A stretch of DNA of 64,000 nucleotides from Octopus sinensis (GCF_006345805.1 NC_043022.1:5580001-5644000), one strand, 5' to 3'. Shown: positions 1 through 13,828, counted from the first letter of the stretch. Numbers and translations: made by a program. Notes: generated by a model not told the origin, from the letters alone.

Positions 1-125
1 CCACCACTAACACCACCACTAACACCACCACTAACACCACCACTACAACCTCCACCACCACAATAACCACTGCCACCACCATCACCACCATCATCATCAC
101 CATCATCACCACCACTATCTTCACT
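1..125. repeat. (CCA)n-like low-complexity tract
   Basis: CCACCACTAACA repeats followed by degenerate CAC/CAT triplets. Confidence 0.9.
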
Positions 126-784
126 GCCACCACTTTTGCTCATCTTCTGCAAGTGGGGTGGCTACACAACTCTTACACTCCACCCCCTCCTTTCAGTTTT
201 GATACAGAAAACATACACATACACACACACACACACGTACACATATATAAATAGCCATGTTGTTTGAGGTTTCAATTCTCACCCTAAACTCAGTAAATCA
301 CCACCACCATCACAGTAGTTTCTCCATCCCTCACTTCCTCCCTCTCACCATCCCCACCAATCATTCCTCACCCACTGACCCCTTCCTCCTCTCATCCCCT
401 TACACCTACGCCACACACCCCACCTGTTTCCCTCCCAATCTTGTTTCTTTCATTCTACTCTCACCCTTCTATATTTATATATATATATATATATAACAAC
501 ATAATAAATACCCACATCCAAAACCTCACCCTTCAACTGTACCCCTCCCCTCCTCCCCATCTCACTCCATGCATTGCTCATATACTTCCCCTCCCACCGT
601 CTGTCTTTCTACTCAGCCTGGGCCTCTCCCTCTCTCCCCTTCACACAGAAACTTCTCCTCCTACTGCTCCCCTAACACTCACTATACAAAGTGAAAGTGA
701 AACTACACCCCTTCCTCCCTTGGTCATCAAAAGTACCACTGGATTTCTGTCAACAACGGCCAACTATTATAGTCAATGTTATGC

Positions 785-1135
785 CAACATCACTAATATA
801 CTGTCACCTAAGCATTAATGTCACCACCAATACTACAACCCAAACAATAATGTCACCATCAATACTATCACCCAAAGGTTAATATCACCACTAATAGGCT
901 ACCACCAAAACATTAACGTCACCACTAATATTAATGCAAGCACTAATACTACCACCCAAACATTAATGTCACCATTAATATACTAGCACTCAAGCAGTAG
1001 TGTCACTATTAATACTACCACCCAAACAATATCACCACTAATAGACAGCATCCAAACATTAACGTCACCATTAATACTACCACAAAAACAATATCAACAC
1101 TAATACTACCACTGAAACATTAGTGTCACCATTAA
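785..1135. repeat. Degenerate ~30-bp minisatellite
   Basis: Recurring CATTAA(T/C)GTCACCA(C/T)TAATACTACCACCCAAA-like units. Confidence 0.75.
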
Positions 1136-1432
1136 TTTACTGGCACCTATACCACCACTTGTAGTACTTCTCTCCCACCCATCCTCACATTTTTCTCACA
1201 CTTTCTTCTTAATCTTGTTGTTGCTGTTAATAATCTATGAACGCCACTCCTCCATTAAGCAAATCCCTTCCATGACTCTCACCATTGCTTCCTCTCCCAA
1301 CCCATCCCACCCTCACCTCCACTCCATCCCCACCCAAACTGTTTAGCAAAGGGAGCGTGTGGGTGATGGAGGGAGAGCAAAGAATTAAGATGATAGTTCT
1401 CTGTATACATTATGGCTGGCCAAAGATAACAG

Positions 1433-1855
1433 AGGTAGTGGTGGTGGTGGTGGTGGTGGTGGTGGTGATGGTGGTGGTAGTGGTGATGGTTGTGGTGGTG
1501 GTGGCGGCGGCGATAGCGGCGGTGATAGCGGCGGTAGTGGTGGTGGTGGTGGTGGTGGTGGTGGTGGTGGTGGTGGTAGTGGTGATGGTTGTGGTGGTGG
1601 TGGCAGCGGTGATAGCGGTGGTAGTGGTGGTGGTGGTGGTGGTTGTGGTGGTGGATGAGATGGATGGTGGTGTGGATGTTGATGATACTGATGATTGTGG
1701 TAGTATTGGTGGTAATAGTAGTGGTGATAGTGCCCTGGTGGTGGTGGTGTTGTTCCGGTGCTAGTGTAATGCTGGATTGTGACTGTTAGTTATTAAGGGT
1801 GGCAATAATAATAAGAATAATAATAATAATAGTAATAATAATAAGAATAATGATG

Positions 1856-1891
<36 letters not shown>

Positions 1892-2050
1892 GTAATAATA
1901 ATAATAAGGATAATAATAATAATAAGGATAATAATAATAATAATAATGATAATAATAATAATAAGGATAATAATAATAATAATAATAGTAATAATGATAA
2001 TAATAATAATAATAATAGTAATAATAATAGTAATAATAATAATAATAAGG

Positions 2051-2086
<36 letters not shown>

Positions 2087-2212
2087 GTAATAATAATAAT
2101 AATAAGGATAATAATAATAATTATAATAATAATGATGATGATAATAATAATAATAGTAATAATAAAAATAATAATGATGATGATGATAATAATAATAGTA
2201 ATAATAATAATT
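1433..2212. repeat. (GGT)n tract (~1433-1665) and (AAT)n compound microsatellite (~1804-2212)
   Basis: Directly visible; explains the poly-V/I/Y ORFs in the track. Confidence 0.95.
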
Positions 2213-4029
2213 CCTTTTATTAGCCACAAGGGCATAGATGAGGGGGACATCACAAGAACAGAGAACAATTTGTGGTGGGGTGGAGGGGTGGTGGTGGTGG
2301 TTATGATATTGGTTGGAAGGTTAGGGTTAGGATATGTGAAGGGTGTTGAAGAAAGAAGACAGAAAAGCAGGGTTGGCGGGTAGGTTTGGGGTGCCAAGTA
2401 GAAGATTAGGGAGAGAGAGAGAGAGAGAGAGAGCCGATGGAGGGGTGAAGGGGAGGAAGGAGGTGAACTCTACCTATTCTCCCCACCACCACCGCCACCC
2501 CTTCGTTACCAAACCCGCTTCCACCAGCATCCCCCCCCCGGCTCCACCACCACCACCACCACCACCACTCACCACCCTGCTGCTTGGCGTGTGTCACCTG
2601 AATCATTTCTCTGTCATTGAATAATTTGACGAGGAGGAGGAAGGAGGAAGAGAAAGAAGAAGGGGAGAGCAGAGTGAGTCATATCGAGGGAGGAGGAAGA
2701 GGAGGAGGAGGAGGGGGAATTAGAACCGTGGCAATGGTTGGTGGTGGTGGCGGTGGTTGTGGCGGCGAAGGTGTCGGGCTGTTCGTGTACAACGTAATAA
2801 ATACAGTGACAAAGGCGACAATAATGTAATGCGACGGTGGTGGTGGTCGTGGTGGGAGGCTATGGTAGCGATGATGCTGGTGATGATGATGCTGGCGACG
2901 ACGAGGACGAAGATGGAGGGATTTTTTTTATGATGGTGGCGCTGGAGATGGAAGCGATAGTGACGCTGGTTATAAATGTTCATTCATTAGTTACGATATG
3001 GTCCAATATAGTTAGGGTGACGCTGGCGGAGCCGGTGCCGCCGGTGCCGCTGGTTATGACTATTATGTAGAGGGGACATTAGTTATGATAAGGCGGTGGC
3101 GGTGGTGGTGGTGGTGGTGCCAGTTGATAAAACAACGATGCCACCACCACCACCACCACCATCACCACCCCGAAGCAGAGGGAAGTGGGGGTGAGGATGG
3201 ATCGATGGATCAGGCTGGGTGGGGGTGGTGTTTAAAAGTAAGGATCCTGTTGACAATGACACTGAGAGCAAGGTAGAGTGGGTGGTTTTGGCGGTGGTGG
3301 TGGTGGGTGAAGAAGCGTGGAGGAAGGGTTAGTCGTGACGGGGGGGGGGCTGTTGGGGAGATGGGCCGGGGGGGAGGCAATAGCAAGGAGTTTGTAGTCT
3401 TCTCAAGAGATTTATCTGATGATCCACACACACACACACACACACACATTCCTTATCTCATGCAACAGACACACACACACACACACAAACAACAAAAACA
3501 CAAAGACACACACACAAACATACATCCACAGAAATGAAGATGGTAGGTGGAAGCCGGTGGGGGTGGGGGAGGGAAACCTCTGTTTTTCTTAATTTTTCCT
3601 TCAACACCACCGTCACCACCACAACACATACCAGCACACCACCACCATCGCATCCACCCACACAGTGCTTCACCCCTCATCCCCCCCCCACTACATGCCC
3701 AGACATTCCTGGACAATAACTAACTCAATTGATCGATATAGTAAGGGGGGGTGAGCAGGCGGGGGTGGGCTGGCGGGGGGGTACAAGCGATGGAAAAGGG
3801 TGATGGGGTGGTGGTGGTAACGGTGGTGGTGGAGGTAGATGGTGGGTGGAGATGAAGATATGGGCTAATGAAACATCTAACATGATTAATTACAAATTAG
3901 CAACAATGACAAAACCCCCACCCTACACCCCACTCCGCCAACACTGGTGGTGAGGATGGGGGTGGTTGTTATTAGAAATACTATAACCTCCGCCAGTTAC
4001 ACTCCCGTCCACACCCTAGTACACTCAAC

Positions 4030-4515
4030 CACAACCCATACTTTAACCACCACCACCAACAACAACAACAACAGCAGCAACAACTGCCGATACCCCTATT
4101 GCCATCAGTTCCACCCCATAATCAACCTCCACCACTAACCCCCATCACCACCACTACCTCCACTGCTACCAACAAGACCATCACCAATCACCACCAATAC
4201 CACCACTGTTACTGATACAATCCTTATCACCACATGTAGCACCTTCACCACCACCACCACCACCACCACCGTAACCACTACCACTGTAACCACTACCACC
4301 AGCACTACCACAACCACCACCACCCTCCACTACCACTACCACCACCACCGTAACCACTACCACCAGCACTACCACAACCACATTCACCTGCACCACCACC
4401 ACCCTCCACTACCACTACCACCACCACCGTAACCACTACCACCAGCACTACCACAACCACATTCACCTGCACCACCACCACCCTCCACTACCACTACCAT
4501 CACCACCATCGCCGC
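4030..4515. repeat. (CAC/CTA)n compound microsatellite with internal higher-order duplications
   Basis: Repeated ACCACCGTAACCACTACCACCAGCACTACCACAACCAC blocks. Confidence 0.85.
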
Positions 4516-5215
4516 CAGTGATGAAATGCAGAAATATCTTGCAGCATTCCTTTGCAGTGGTTGACATGGAAGTTGTGGTGGTGGCGGTGGTGTGAGGGAA
4601 TTGTTTGAGGTTCCACAAGAATGATTTTAATGGCTTCACAAGTGACTGCAGGGGTAGGCATTTTTGGGTGCACCGCCACCTCCACCACCACCCCGCCACC
4701 ACCCACACACACACACCCTACATTGTAGTTGCTAAGCCAGCTTGAATGGAGGAGAGACATTCCAATGAGCAGCTACTCCACTCTATTCTTGCCCCCACCG
4801 ACCCTTTTCTAGCAGCCAACCCTGTCCCTAACACACACACACACACAGACAAGGCCTAGAGATGTTTTATATCAGAGAAAGATGGTGACAAATAGGAGAC
4901 AGAAAAGAGAGAGGGAGAGAGAGAGAAGACAGATGGCATGGAATGGAAGGTGATGGAGGCAGAGGAACTTCAAACACTTGTGCAGTAATTGAAACAGCCA
5001 CTAGACACACATAGACGCACGGACGCGCGTGCGCACGCGGAGGCTGCATTCCATTGGCATGTCATGTTGATTAGGATATCTCCAGCACATCAGGTCCTTC
5101 ACATGCTGAGCAAATTCAACAGGGGCAGACAGGCAGGCAGGCAGGCAAACACAGACAGACAGACAGACAAAATAAATAGAGGGAGACAGAGATATAGAAT
5201 ATTGTCTAGATGGAT

Positions 5216-5255
<40 letters not shown>

Positions 5256-5629
5256 GGCAGAGGAGTGGCTGTGTGATAAGATATTTGCTTCTCAACCACA
5301 TGGTTCCAAGTTCAGTCCCGCTGCGTGGCTGCGTGGACAAGTGTCTTTTATTATAGCCTCTGACTGACCGAAGTCTCCTGTGAGGATTTCGTAGACAGAA
5401 ACTGAAAGAAGCCCGCCATATATATATGTATATGTGTGGGTGTGTAAAAGGTGTAGGAGCGGCTGTGTTGTAAGAAACTAGCTTCCCAACCACATGGTTC
5501 CAAGTTCAGTTCCTCTGTTCAGTCCCTTGGGCAAGTTCTCAGGCTGACCTTGTGAATGGTTTTGGTAGATGGAAACTGAAGGAAGCCTATAGTATATAAT
5601 CTATGCTGTAAGGCATTATTTTTCAAATA

Positions 5630-5945
5630 TGCCAGCTAAGTCGAAAGACGCCTGTTGCTTTTGTCCTGTTATTATTATTATTATTGTTTTTTGTATTTAT
5701 ATTCGTATTACTTTTCGATTTTTGTATTTATATTCGTGTGGCATCGTCCGTTTTTCTGTCCCTGTTTCATATACATTCGATCCTTTTTCCAAGAAATCTA
5801 ATGCTCGTAGCTTAGTTTTTCCTGGGGGCTGGCCAGATCAGAGCAATCTCAAGATTAATCAGCCGAAATTGCAAGGATGATCCGGTTCTTGACTGAAGAT
5901 TAGAGGCTTTTTTGTATCGTCTATTTGAATGTTTCGCGTTCTGGT
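5630..5945 (+). repeat. Unclassified interspersed repeat, copy 1
   Basis: GGCTGGCCAGATCAGAGCAATCTCAAGATTAATCAGCCGAAATTGCAAGGATGATCCGGTTCTTGACTGAAGA matches the reverse complement of ~45100-45190. Confidence 0.7.
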
Positions 5946-6179
5946 CACATTTTGTATTTTTAAATATATTTTTTATACATATATATATGTATATAGTGTG
6001 TGTGTGTGTGTGTGTGTAAAAGGCAGAGGAGTGGTAAGATATTTGCTTCCCAGCCACATGGTTCTGGGTTCAGTCCTTCTATTCACTCCCTTGAGCAAGT
6101 TTCTTCTGTCATAGTCTCAGACTGACCAAAGCCTTGGAAATGGATTTGGTAGACAGAAAGTGAAACGTGTATATGTGTA

Positions 6180-6258
6180 CTTGAGTGTATGTCTGTATGT
6201 GTATTTGTGTGTATGCTTATATGAGTATGTACATATGTATGAATATGAGTGTGTTTGA

Positions 6259-6289
<31 letters not shown>

Positions 6290-6490
6290 CGTGTGTATGT
6301 ATGTGAGTGTGTTTGAGTGTGTGTGTGTATACGTGTGTATGTATGTGTGCGTGTTTGAGTGTGTGTGTGTGTGTATACGTGTGTATGTATGTGAGTGTGT
6401 TTGAGTGTGTGTGTATACGTGTGTATGTATGTGTGTGTGTGAGTGTGTGTGTGTGTATACGTGTGTATGTATGTGTGTGTGTGTGTGCAT
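6180..6490. repeat. (GT)n compound microsatellite with TATACGTGTGTATGTATG subunits
   Basis: Directly visible. Confidence 0.9.
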
Positions 6491-6905
6491 TGTTGTTGTT
6501 CTTGCTATTTATTTTATCAAGCCAATCGCATGGAGGAATGGTGCTTATCACCATTTTCATCCGAAATGGACACAAACACTATTCCCCCATGTGATCAGCT
6601 CGAAGAATTGTTAGGATATTAAGATATTTTTCTTAACGTGAAATCAATGGTAGCCTTAATACACAAATAAAGATATGTGTGTGTGTATATAACAGCTGTT
6701 ACAAATACACAGAAATAACAGTTGTGTTCATTCCATATTCTTGTGTTATAAATTACTTTAGCATAAATTCTGCATAAACTAAAAGAGTTCCACATGCATA
6801 TCTAGTAAAAAGAGTAATCTTCCTGCATAATAGCATATGATAACCAATAACTGTATAGGAGCTTTGAAATGCATGTTATAAACGTATTACCCATATATAT
6901 ATATA

Positions 6906-7291
6906 CTAGCAGTATCGCCCGGCGTTGCTTGGGTTTGTAAGGGAAATAACTATATAAGCATTTTTAGAGAGTTATAGCCAAAAAATAGCAAAAAATGCAT
7001 TAAAAATGGAAAAAAAATGATGGTAATTTTTTTTTTAAATCGTTGACTTATCGTAGACATTTTTAGAGAGTTACTTCCCTTATATAATAGCGAAAAATTG
7101 CATTAAAATGGAAAAAAATTATGGTAAATTTTTTTTTTAAATCGTAGACTCATCATACACGCGCGCTAATACCCAGAAGGGCTCGATATGAATCACGACT
7201 ATAAGATACCCGGTTTTGGTTAAACTGCACCGCAAAATGTGGGAGTAGTTAGGAATCTAAATCATAGGAGACAGACACTCACACAACTTCA

Positions 7292-7300
<9 letters not shown>
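6906..7300 (-). mobile_element. Non-autonomous Helitron
   Basis: On the minus strand it ends CCCAAGCAACGCCGGG (hairpin) ...CTGCTAG^T; the body is homologous to 31152-31561; the 5' end is lost in (TA)n. Confidence 0.8.
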
Positions 7301-7338
<38 letters not shown>

Positions 7339-7567
7339 ATATATATATATATATATGATGATATATATATATATATATATATATAGGCACAGGTGTGGCT
7401 GAGTGGTAAGAAGCTTGCTTCCCAACCACATGGTTCTGGGTTCGGTCCCAATGTGTGGTACCTTGAGCAAATATCTACTACTATAGCCCCTGGTCAACCA
7501 AAGCCTTATGAGATGATTTGGTAAACAGAAACTGAAAAGAAGCCCATCATATATATATATATATATC

Positions 7568-7781
7568 AAAACTAGTTCTAAAATCTCTTGAAGAGATGAT
7601 CTTCGTAGTTTTATTAGCAAGTAATGTTTGTAGCCACTTCAACATGGCTGTTCCAATCGAGTGGAATTTACTGCGATTTTTTTAACCCTGAGAGGACATC
7701 TCCTCTAGCTGGTTAATGCAGAAAATTCCATTCCAATGGAAACTGCATTCATCTTTTAGAGAGATTTTAGAACTAGCTTTT
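7568..7781. mobile_element. MITE-like element with ~32-bp inverted arms
   Basis: AAAACTAGTTCTAAAATCTCTTGAAGAGATGA (7568-7599) versus TCATCTTTTAGAGAGATTTTAGAACTAGCTTTT (7749-7781). Confidence 0.6.
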
Positions 7782-8025
7782 TAGCTTGTTGCAAGATCAG
7801 CAACTGTGTGTTGTTTGAAATTATATATATTGCGAGCAGAAGTGAGCTACTGCCATTTCTAGCAGACAAGATATCCAGTACTGAAGAGAGGCAGAAATAG
7901 CCCCAAATCAGACTGGTCTGCTGGTCCCATCACTAGAAGGTGGTAAGGGTTCGCTCCCCTGCTGGCAATATATTGGATGTAGCTGTGCATCATTAACCAA
8001 CTAAAGCAGATGTCCTCTTCATCAT

Positions 8026-8330
8026 CATCATCATCATCATCATTTAGCGTCCGCTTTCCATGCTAGCATGGGTTGAACGGTGCAACTGGGGTCTGGGAAG
8101 CCAGAAGGCTGCATCAGGCCCAGTCTGATCTGGCAGTGTTTCTATGGCTGGATGCCCTTCCTAACGCCAACCACTCTGTGAGTGTAGTGGGTGCTTTTTA
8201 CGTGCCACCTGCACAGGTGCCAGACGGAGCTGGCTAATGGCCATGGACGGAAGGTGCTTTTTCGTGCCACCAGCACGGGGGCCAGGCGAGGCTGGCGACA
8301 GCCACGAACGGATGGTGCTACGTGCCAAAA
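8026..8330 (-). mobile_element. RTE-related SINE (family F, (GAT)n tail)
   Basis: Minus strand reads GGTTGGCGTTAGGAAGGGCATCCAGCC...ATGGAAAGCGGACGCTAAATGATGATG. Other copies at ~10250-10390, 19455-19660, 33725-33965, 36590-36830, 42535-42855 (+) and 48300-48570 (-). Confidence 0.75.
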
Positions 8331-8394
8331 AAATTGCAGTAGAGTCCATCCGAATGGAACAGCCATGAACATTGTTTGTTATATATATATATAT

Positions 8395-8498
8395 ATACAC
8401 CCTATTGTAAGGTGTATAAGGAACCCATTTTTGTCAAAAGTTAGGTTAAAAAAATAATCCCCCAAAATTAAGGGGTTCCTTATACACGTCAAAATATG

Positions 8499-8500
<2 letters not shown>
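8395..8500. mobile_element. Small pogo/Tigger-like MITE remnant
   Basis: Inverted GTGTATAAGGAACCC (8412-8426) and GGGTTCCTTATACAC (8473-8487); the right end CTTATACACGTCAAAATATGGT resembles pogo-type TIRs. Confidence 0.5.
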
Positions 8501-8543
<43 letters not shown>

Positions 8544-9066
8544 CACACATGTATATATTTGTGTGTTTGTTTGTTTGTGTCTATGTTGTCCCTGCTGCCA
8601 TCGATTGACAATTGATGTTGGTAGGTTTATGTCCCCATAACTTAGCAGTTCAACAAAAGAGACTGATAGAATAAGTACGAGGCTTACAAAGACTAAGTTG
8701 ATTCTTTGACTAAAAAAACCCTTTAAGGTGGTGCTCCAGCATGGCATAGTCAAATGAATGAAACAAGTAAAAGAATGAAAGAATGAAAAATTATATACAT
8801 TGTTGTGCTGGTGTTTTGTGACTCCCTACCACCACCACCACTCATTGGTGGGTGGCCCTGGGTAGATCCAGTGGAAGGGACCAAAACACCTCCAGAACTG
8901 CTTCAGCATCTGATGAGATATCAAGTCTTGCATTTGAAGACAGAGTACAGCAGAGTACAACAGACAGAGTACAGCAAATAGAATACAGCAGACAGAGTAC
9001 AGAAGACAGTACGGCAGATTGAGTGCAACAGAGTACAGTGGGCAAAGTATAGCAGGTAGAGTACAG

Positions 9067-9298
9067 GGCGGCGAGCTGGCAGAATCGTTAGCACGCCGGG
9101 CGAAATGCGTAGCCGTATTTCGTCTGCCGTTACATTCTGAGTTCAAATTCCGCCGAGGTTGACTTTGCCTTTCATCCTTTCGGGGTCGATAAATTAAGTA
9201 CCAGTTACGCACTGGGGGTCGATGTAATCGACTTAATCCGTTTGTCTGTCCTTGTTTGTCCCCTCTATGTTTAGCCCCTTGTGGGTAGTAAAGAAATA
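9067..9298 (+). mobile_element. tRNA-derived SINE family B (Nin/Deu-like central domain), full length
   Basis: A-box TGGCAGAATCGT, B-box GAGTTCAAATTCC, domain GCCTTTCATCCTTTCGGGGTCGATAAATTAAGTACCAG; 13-bp TSD AGGTAGAGTACAG at 9054-9066 and 9299-9311; inserted in a ~15-bp AGAGTACAGCAAAT minisatellite. Confidence 0.9.
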
Positions 9299-9864
9299 AG
9301 GTAGAGTACAGCAAATAGAGTGTAGCAAATAGAGTACAGAAGTACCCTCAGCCCACAAGCACTTACCCTAAAATATGGGGCAGGGGGAGGCAATATCTGA
9401 CTGTCATCATCATCATAAGTGAGAAAGACACTGAAACCTCACATTAATGATTTTTCATTGAGGGCTCAAATCCACAAGTTTAAGGAATGGGTTCGGGGGG
9501 AGGGGGGAGTTAGTTAATTAAAACAACCTCAGCATAATGACTCTTACTGTATTTTATCACACATGCACACACCCTACCCCGAGGGAGAAGAGGCAGAGCA
9601 GGCCTTGGTCTGTTTTGAACTCAAACTGCAAAGAGCCAGAACAACCCCCTTCAAGGTATTCTGTCCAACAGAACAACCCCCTACAAGGTATTCTGACTCT
9701 AATGAGTTGGCCAATTCAACAGCCATGAGATCTCAAATTAATCATAATTAAAATTAAAACGAAAAGAAAAAAAACAATGATGTACTCCTCTATAATTTAT
9801 TACTCTCAAGAAATTTATCAGTGATTGCCTTTAATTAGTTGTGTCTAATTATTGCCACTCAACT

Positions 9865-9877
9865 GTTGCTAGGCAAC
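9865..9877. promoter_or_regulatory. Candidate RFX X-box GTTGCTAGGCAAC
   Basis: Near-palindromic match to the RFX motif in unique, TAAT-rich sequence; function untested. Confidence 0.35.
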
Positions 9878-10509
9878 CAACATTATCAGGCATGGCCACT
9901 GTCCATTTAAATCCACTCCCACCACAACTCTGTGTACATTGCTGATAAACCAATTACAGAACAAGCTAATCAGCAAATAGCGATACATTACTTCAACCTG
10001 CTAGAAATAGCAGCTAAATCTTCTTTTAATTCCATCCCATTGGCATGGCTGTGTGGTAAGATGCTTGCTTTACAGTTACAGGGTTCTGAGTTCAGTCACA
10101 CTGCATGGCACCTTGGGCAAGTGTTTTCTACAATAGTTTTGCATCAACTAAAGCCTTGTGAACGGATTTGGTAGACGGAAACTGAAAGAAACCTATCATC
10201 ATGTGTGTGTGTATGTATATACATACACACATATATATCATATACATAGGAAGGGTACCCTGCTGTAAAAATCCTGCCAAAATAATCACAGAAGTTTGGT
10301 GCAGGCTTCAGCCTAGCCGGCTTTTGTGAAACTGTCCCACCCATGCTAGCATGGAAGGTGGATGTTAAACGATGATGATGATGATGATGATAACATATAT
10401 ATATGTATGTGTGTGTATATATACACACACACATACACTGTTTGTTTGTACACTGAGTGCTAATTTCACAAAATAAAATTAATAACAAGTTAGGTTCTTT
10501 TATAAATAT

Positions 10510-10551
<42 letters not shown>

Positions 10552-11360
10552 ACTTGTGTTTGCTGTGTGTGGGAGAGTTATCATTACAAGGGTATAGAAT
10601 GATAATACACTCAACATCAGGGAAGAAAATATTAACACTTCAAGGGAAGACATGGAATGGGAGAGAGTGTCTAGTTGCAACGAATGGTAGTTCTATGATT
10701 AAAAATAATCTTTGGTGAAATAGTTTTCATATTTGCCAAGAAGTGTGGTGGAAGGAGGAGCTGTGCCCATGACCTTTGCATGTCCCCCAAGATTGGTGAA
10801 GTTGATGCCATAAATATTCTGTTTAAATTGTTATGGGTCAACAACTATAGGACGGTCATGAAGTGGGAGAAGAATATTCCAGAGGGTTAAAGTTTGTGGA
10901 GAGGAAGGACTGAATTTAGTGTACCTTAATGGAAGGATTGCAGGGACAGTGGGGGGCTAATGTGACAAGTGGGTTGAGGGTACCTGAGTTGCTGAGGCAC
11001 AACATCAACCAGCTCTGAGCAACAGGGGCAGGACCATGCTAGCAGCATTACAGTTACCCAGGCAAACCAGTACCCTGGTTTATTTATAGACAGCAAACCG
11101 CAGCATACGTAATTCAGAATTGGGTCCGTAGTCCCTTTAGTGCCCAGAGTACCCTGGCCCTAAGATGGCACTGAACAGAGGCTGTTACAGTAAGGCTAAG
11201 TAAAAGTGAAAGAGTAAGAATAATAAAGAGGAGTAAAATAATGCAGAGAGTACTCGGGTTGCAAATTCAGAGGAGCAGAAACAGCAGAGGTGAAAGTGAA
11301 AGTACAGTAATGGCCATGCAAAGTTTTGGTGAATTAAGCTTTGTTATTCTTTGTTTGTTT

Positions 11361-11784
11361 TTACTTACTCTTTTACTCTTTTACTTGTTTCAGTCATTTG
11401 ACTGCGGCCATGCTGGAGCACCGCCTTTAGTCGAGCAAATCGAGCCCGGGACTTATTCTTTGTAAGCCCAGTACTTATTCTATCAGTCTCTTTTGCCGAA
11501 CCACTAGGTGACGGGGACGTAAACACACCAGCATCGGTTGTCAAGCAATGCTAGGGGGACAAACACAGACACACAAACATATACATACACATACATACAT
11601 ATATATATATACATATATACGACAGGCTTCTTTCAGTTTCCGTCAACCAAATCCACTCACAAGGCATTGGTCGGCCCGAGGCTATAGCAGAAGACACTTG
11701 CCCAAGATGCCACGCAGTGGGACTGAACCCAGAACCATGTGGTTGGTAGGCAAGCTACTTACCACACAGCCACTCCTGCGCCTA
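11361..11784 (-). mobile_element. tRNA-derived SINE family A (CORE-like), copy a
   Basis: Head GGCGCAGGAGTGGCTGTGTGGT with B-box GGTTCAGTCC, CORE-like CTTGGGCAAGTGTCTT, internal (TA)/(TG) tract, (AAAGAGT)n tail. Confidence 0.9.
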
Positions 11785-12639
11785 TGACCTTGTTGACTTT
11801 TTTCTTCCAGATACCATTAATAACGATTTGTGTGTGAAAGCAGTACTACCACAGATATAAGGGCAGCAGTGTAATACAGGGGACATAGTTATGAAGTGAA
11901 GGTACACAGCTAAGTGATTTGGGTGTCCAACTCATGATCGTAAGGTTGTAAGTTCAATTCCCAGTGACACATGGTGTTCTTGAGCAAGACACTTCATTTC
12001 ACGGCAAATATGAGTTTTGTGTGCACAGTAATCCTTCACCATATCACACTTCACCTATCGCGCACCCAGTACATTGCCATTCACCTATCGCACCCTCAGT
12101 ACATCATGGATTTTTCTGGCTAATATATGTAAATTTATATCACGGACCCCTCAGTATATCCGGTTTTCAGCAGCCAATAGGGATTTATATTTTTTTAGAT
12201 TTCAATTATCTCTGTGGGAAGTCAAGGGATTACTGCGATAGTCAAGGGATTACTGTAATTCAAAGGGCTGGCCTTGTCACATTCTGTGTCATGCTGAATC
12301 TCCTTCAGGGTAAATGTGTCTTGCACATTAATTTAACAAGCAGGCTGTTCCATTGATTGGATCAATTGGATCCCTTGTTGTCATAATCCATGGAATGTTA
12401 CTCAGTTGTGACTTCCATACCTTAATTAATATTCTTTTATTTGTTTCAGTCATTTGACTGTGGCCATGCTGGAGCACCACCTTTAGTCGAACAAATCGAC
12501 CCCAAGACTTATTGTTTGTAAGCCTAGTACTTATTCTATCAGTCTATTTTGCCAAACTGCTAAGTTACGGGGACATAGACACACCACCATCGGATGTCAA
12601 GCGATGGTGTGGGGGACAAACACAGACACACAAACACAC

Positions 12640-12695
<56 letters not shown>

Positions 12696-13556
12696 TATAT
12701 ACAACGGGCTTCTTTTAGTTTCCGTCTACCAAATCCACTCACAAGGCATTGGTTGGCCCGGAGCTATAGGAGAAGACAACTTGCCCAAGATGCCACGCAG
12801 TGGGACTGAACCCAGAACCATGTGGTTGGTAGGCAAGCTACTTACCACACAGCCACTCCTGCGCCTATGACCTTGTTGACTTTTTTCTTCCAGATACCAT
12901 TAATAATGATTTGTGTGTGAAAGCAGTACTACCACAGATATAAGGGCAGCAGTGTAATACAGGGGACATAGTTATGAAGTGAAGGTACACAGCTAAGTGA
13001 TTTGGGTGTCCAACTCATGATCGTAAGGTTGTAAGTTCAATTCCCAGTGACACATGGTGTTCTTGAGCAAGACACTTCATTTCACGGCAAATATGAGTTT
13101 TGTGTGCACAGTAATCCTTCACCATATCACACTTCACCTATCGTGCACCCAGTACATTGCCATTCACCTATCGCACCCTCAGTACATCATGGATTTTTCT
13201 GGCTAATATATGTAAATTTATATCACGGACCCCTCAGTATATCCGGTTTTCAGCAGCCAATAGGGATTTATATTTTTTTAGATTTCAATTATCTCTGTGG
13301 GAAGTTTTGGAAGATTTCAATTATCTCTGCGATAGTCAAGGGATTACTGTAATTCAAAGGGGTGGCCTTGTCACATTCTGTGTCATGCTGAATCTCCTTC
13401 AGGGTAAATGTACCTGTGTAGTACTCAGCCACTTGAACATTAATTTAACAAGCAGGCTGTTATTGGATCAATTGGATCCCTTGTTGTCATAATCCATGGA
13501 ATGTTACTCAGTTGTGACTTCCATACAGTCAACAAATACCCAAAACCTGAATTAAT
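11785..13556. repeat. Tandem segmental duplication, period ~1083 bp
   Basis: 11785-12430 is nearly identical to 12868-13556; the copies are separated by SINE A copy b. Confidence 0.9.
12431..12867 (-). mobile_element. SINE family A, copy b (chimeric)
   Basis: Left part matches copy c and right part matches copy a. Confidence 0.85.
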
Positions 13557-13764
13557 ATTCTTTTATTTGTTTCAGTCATTTGACTGTGGCCATGCTGGAG
13601 CACCACCTTTAGTCGAACAAATCGACCCCAGGACTTATTGTTTGTAAGCCTAGTACTTATTCTATTGGTCTATTTTGCCAAACTGCTAAGTTACGGGGAC
13701 ATAGACACACCACCATCGATGTCAAGCGATGGTGTGGGGGACAAACACAGACACACAAACACAC

Positions 13765-13828
<64 letters not shown>

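Noticed and set aside
2317-2332. Telomeric TTAGGG
   Set aside because: Only about two units, within G/T-rich low-complexity sequence.
11790-11900. Acceptor TTTTTTCTTCCAG followed by complex sequence
   Set aside because: Stops in all three frames shortly downstream.
12000-12216. Insert in SINE E with CAC...GTG ends as a Transib/Chapaev element
   Set aside because: TIR similarity is only 4 of 5 bases, the CAC may belong to the SINE, and no TSD is visible.
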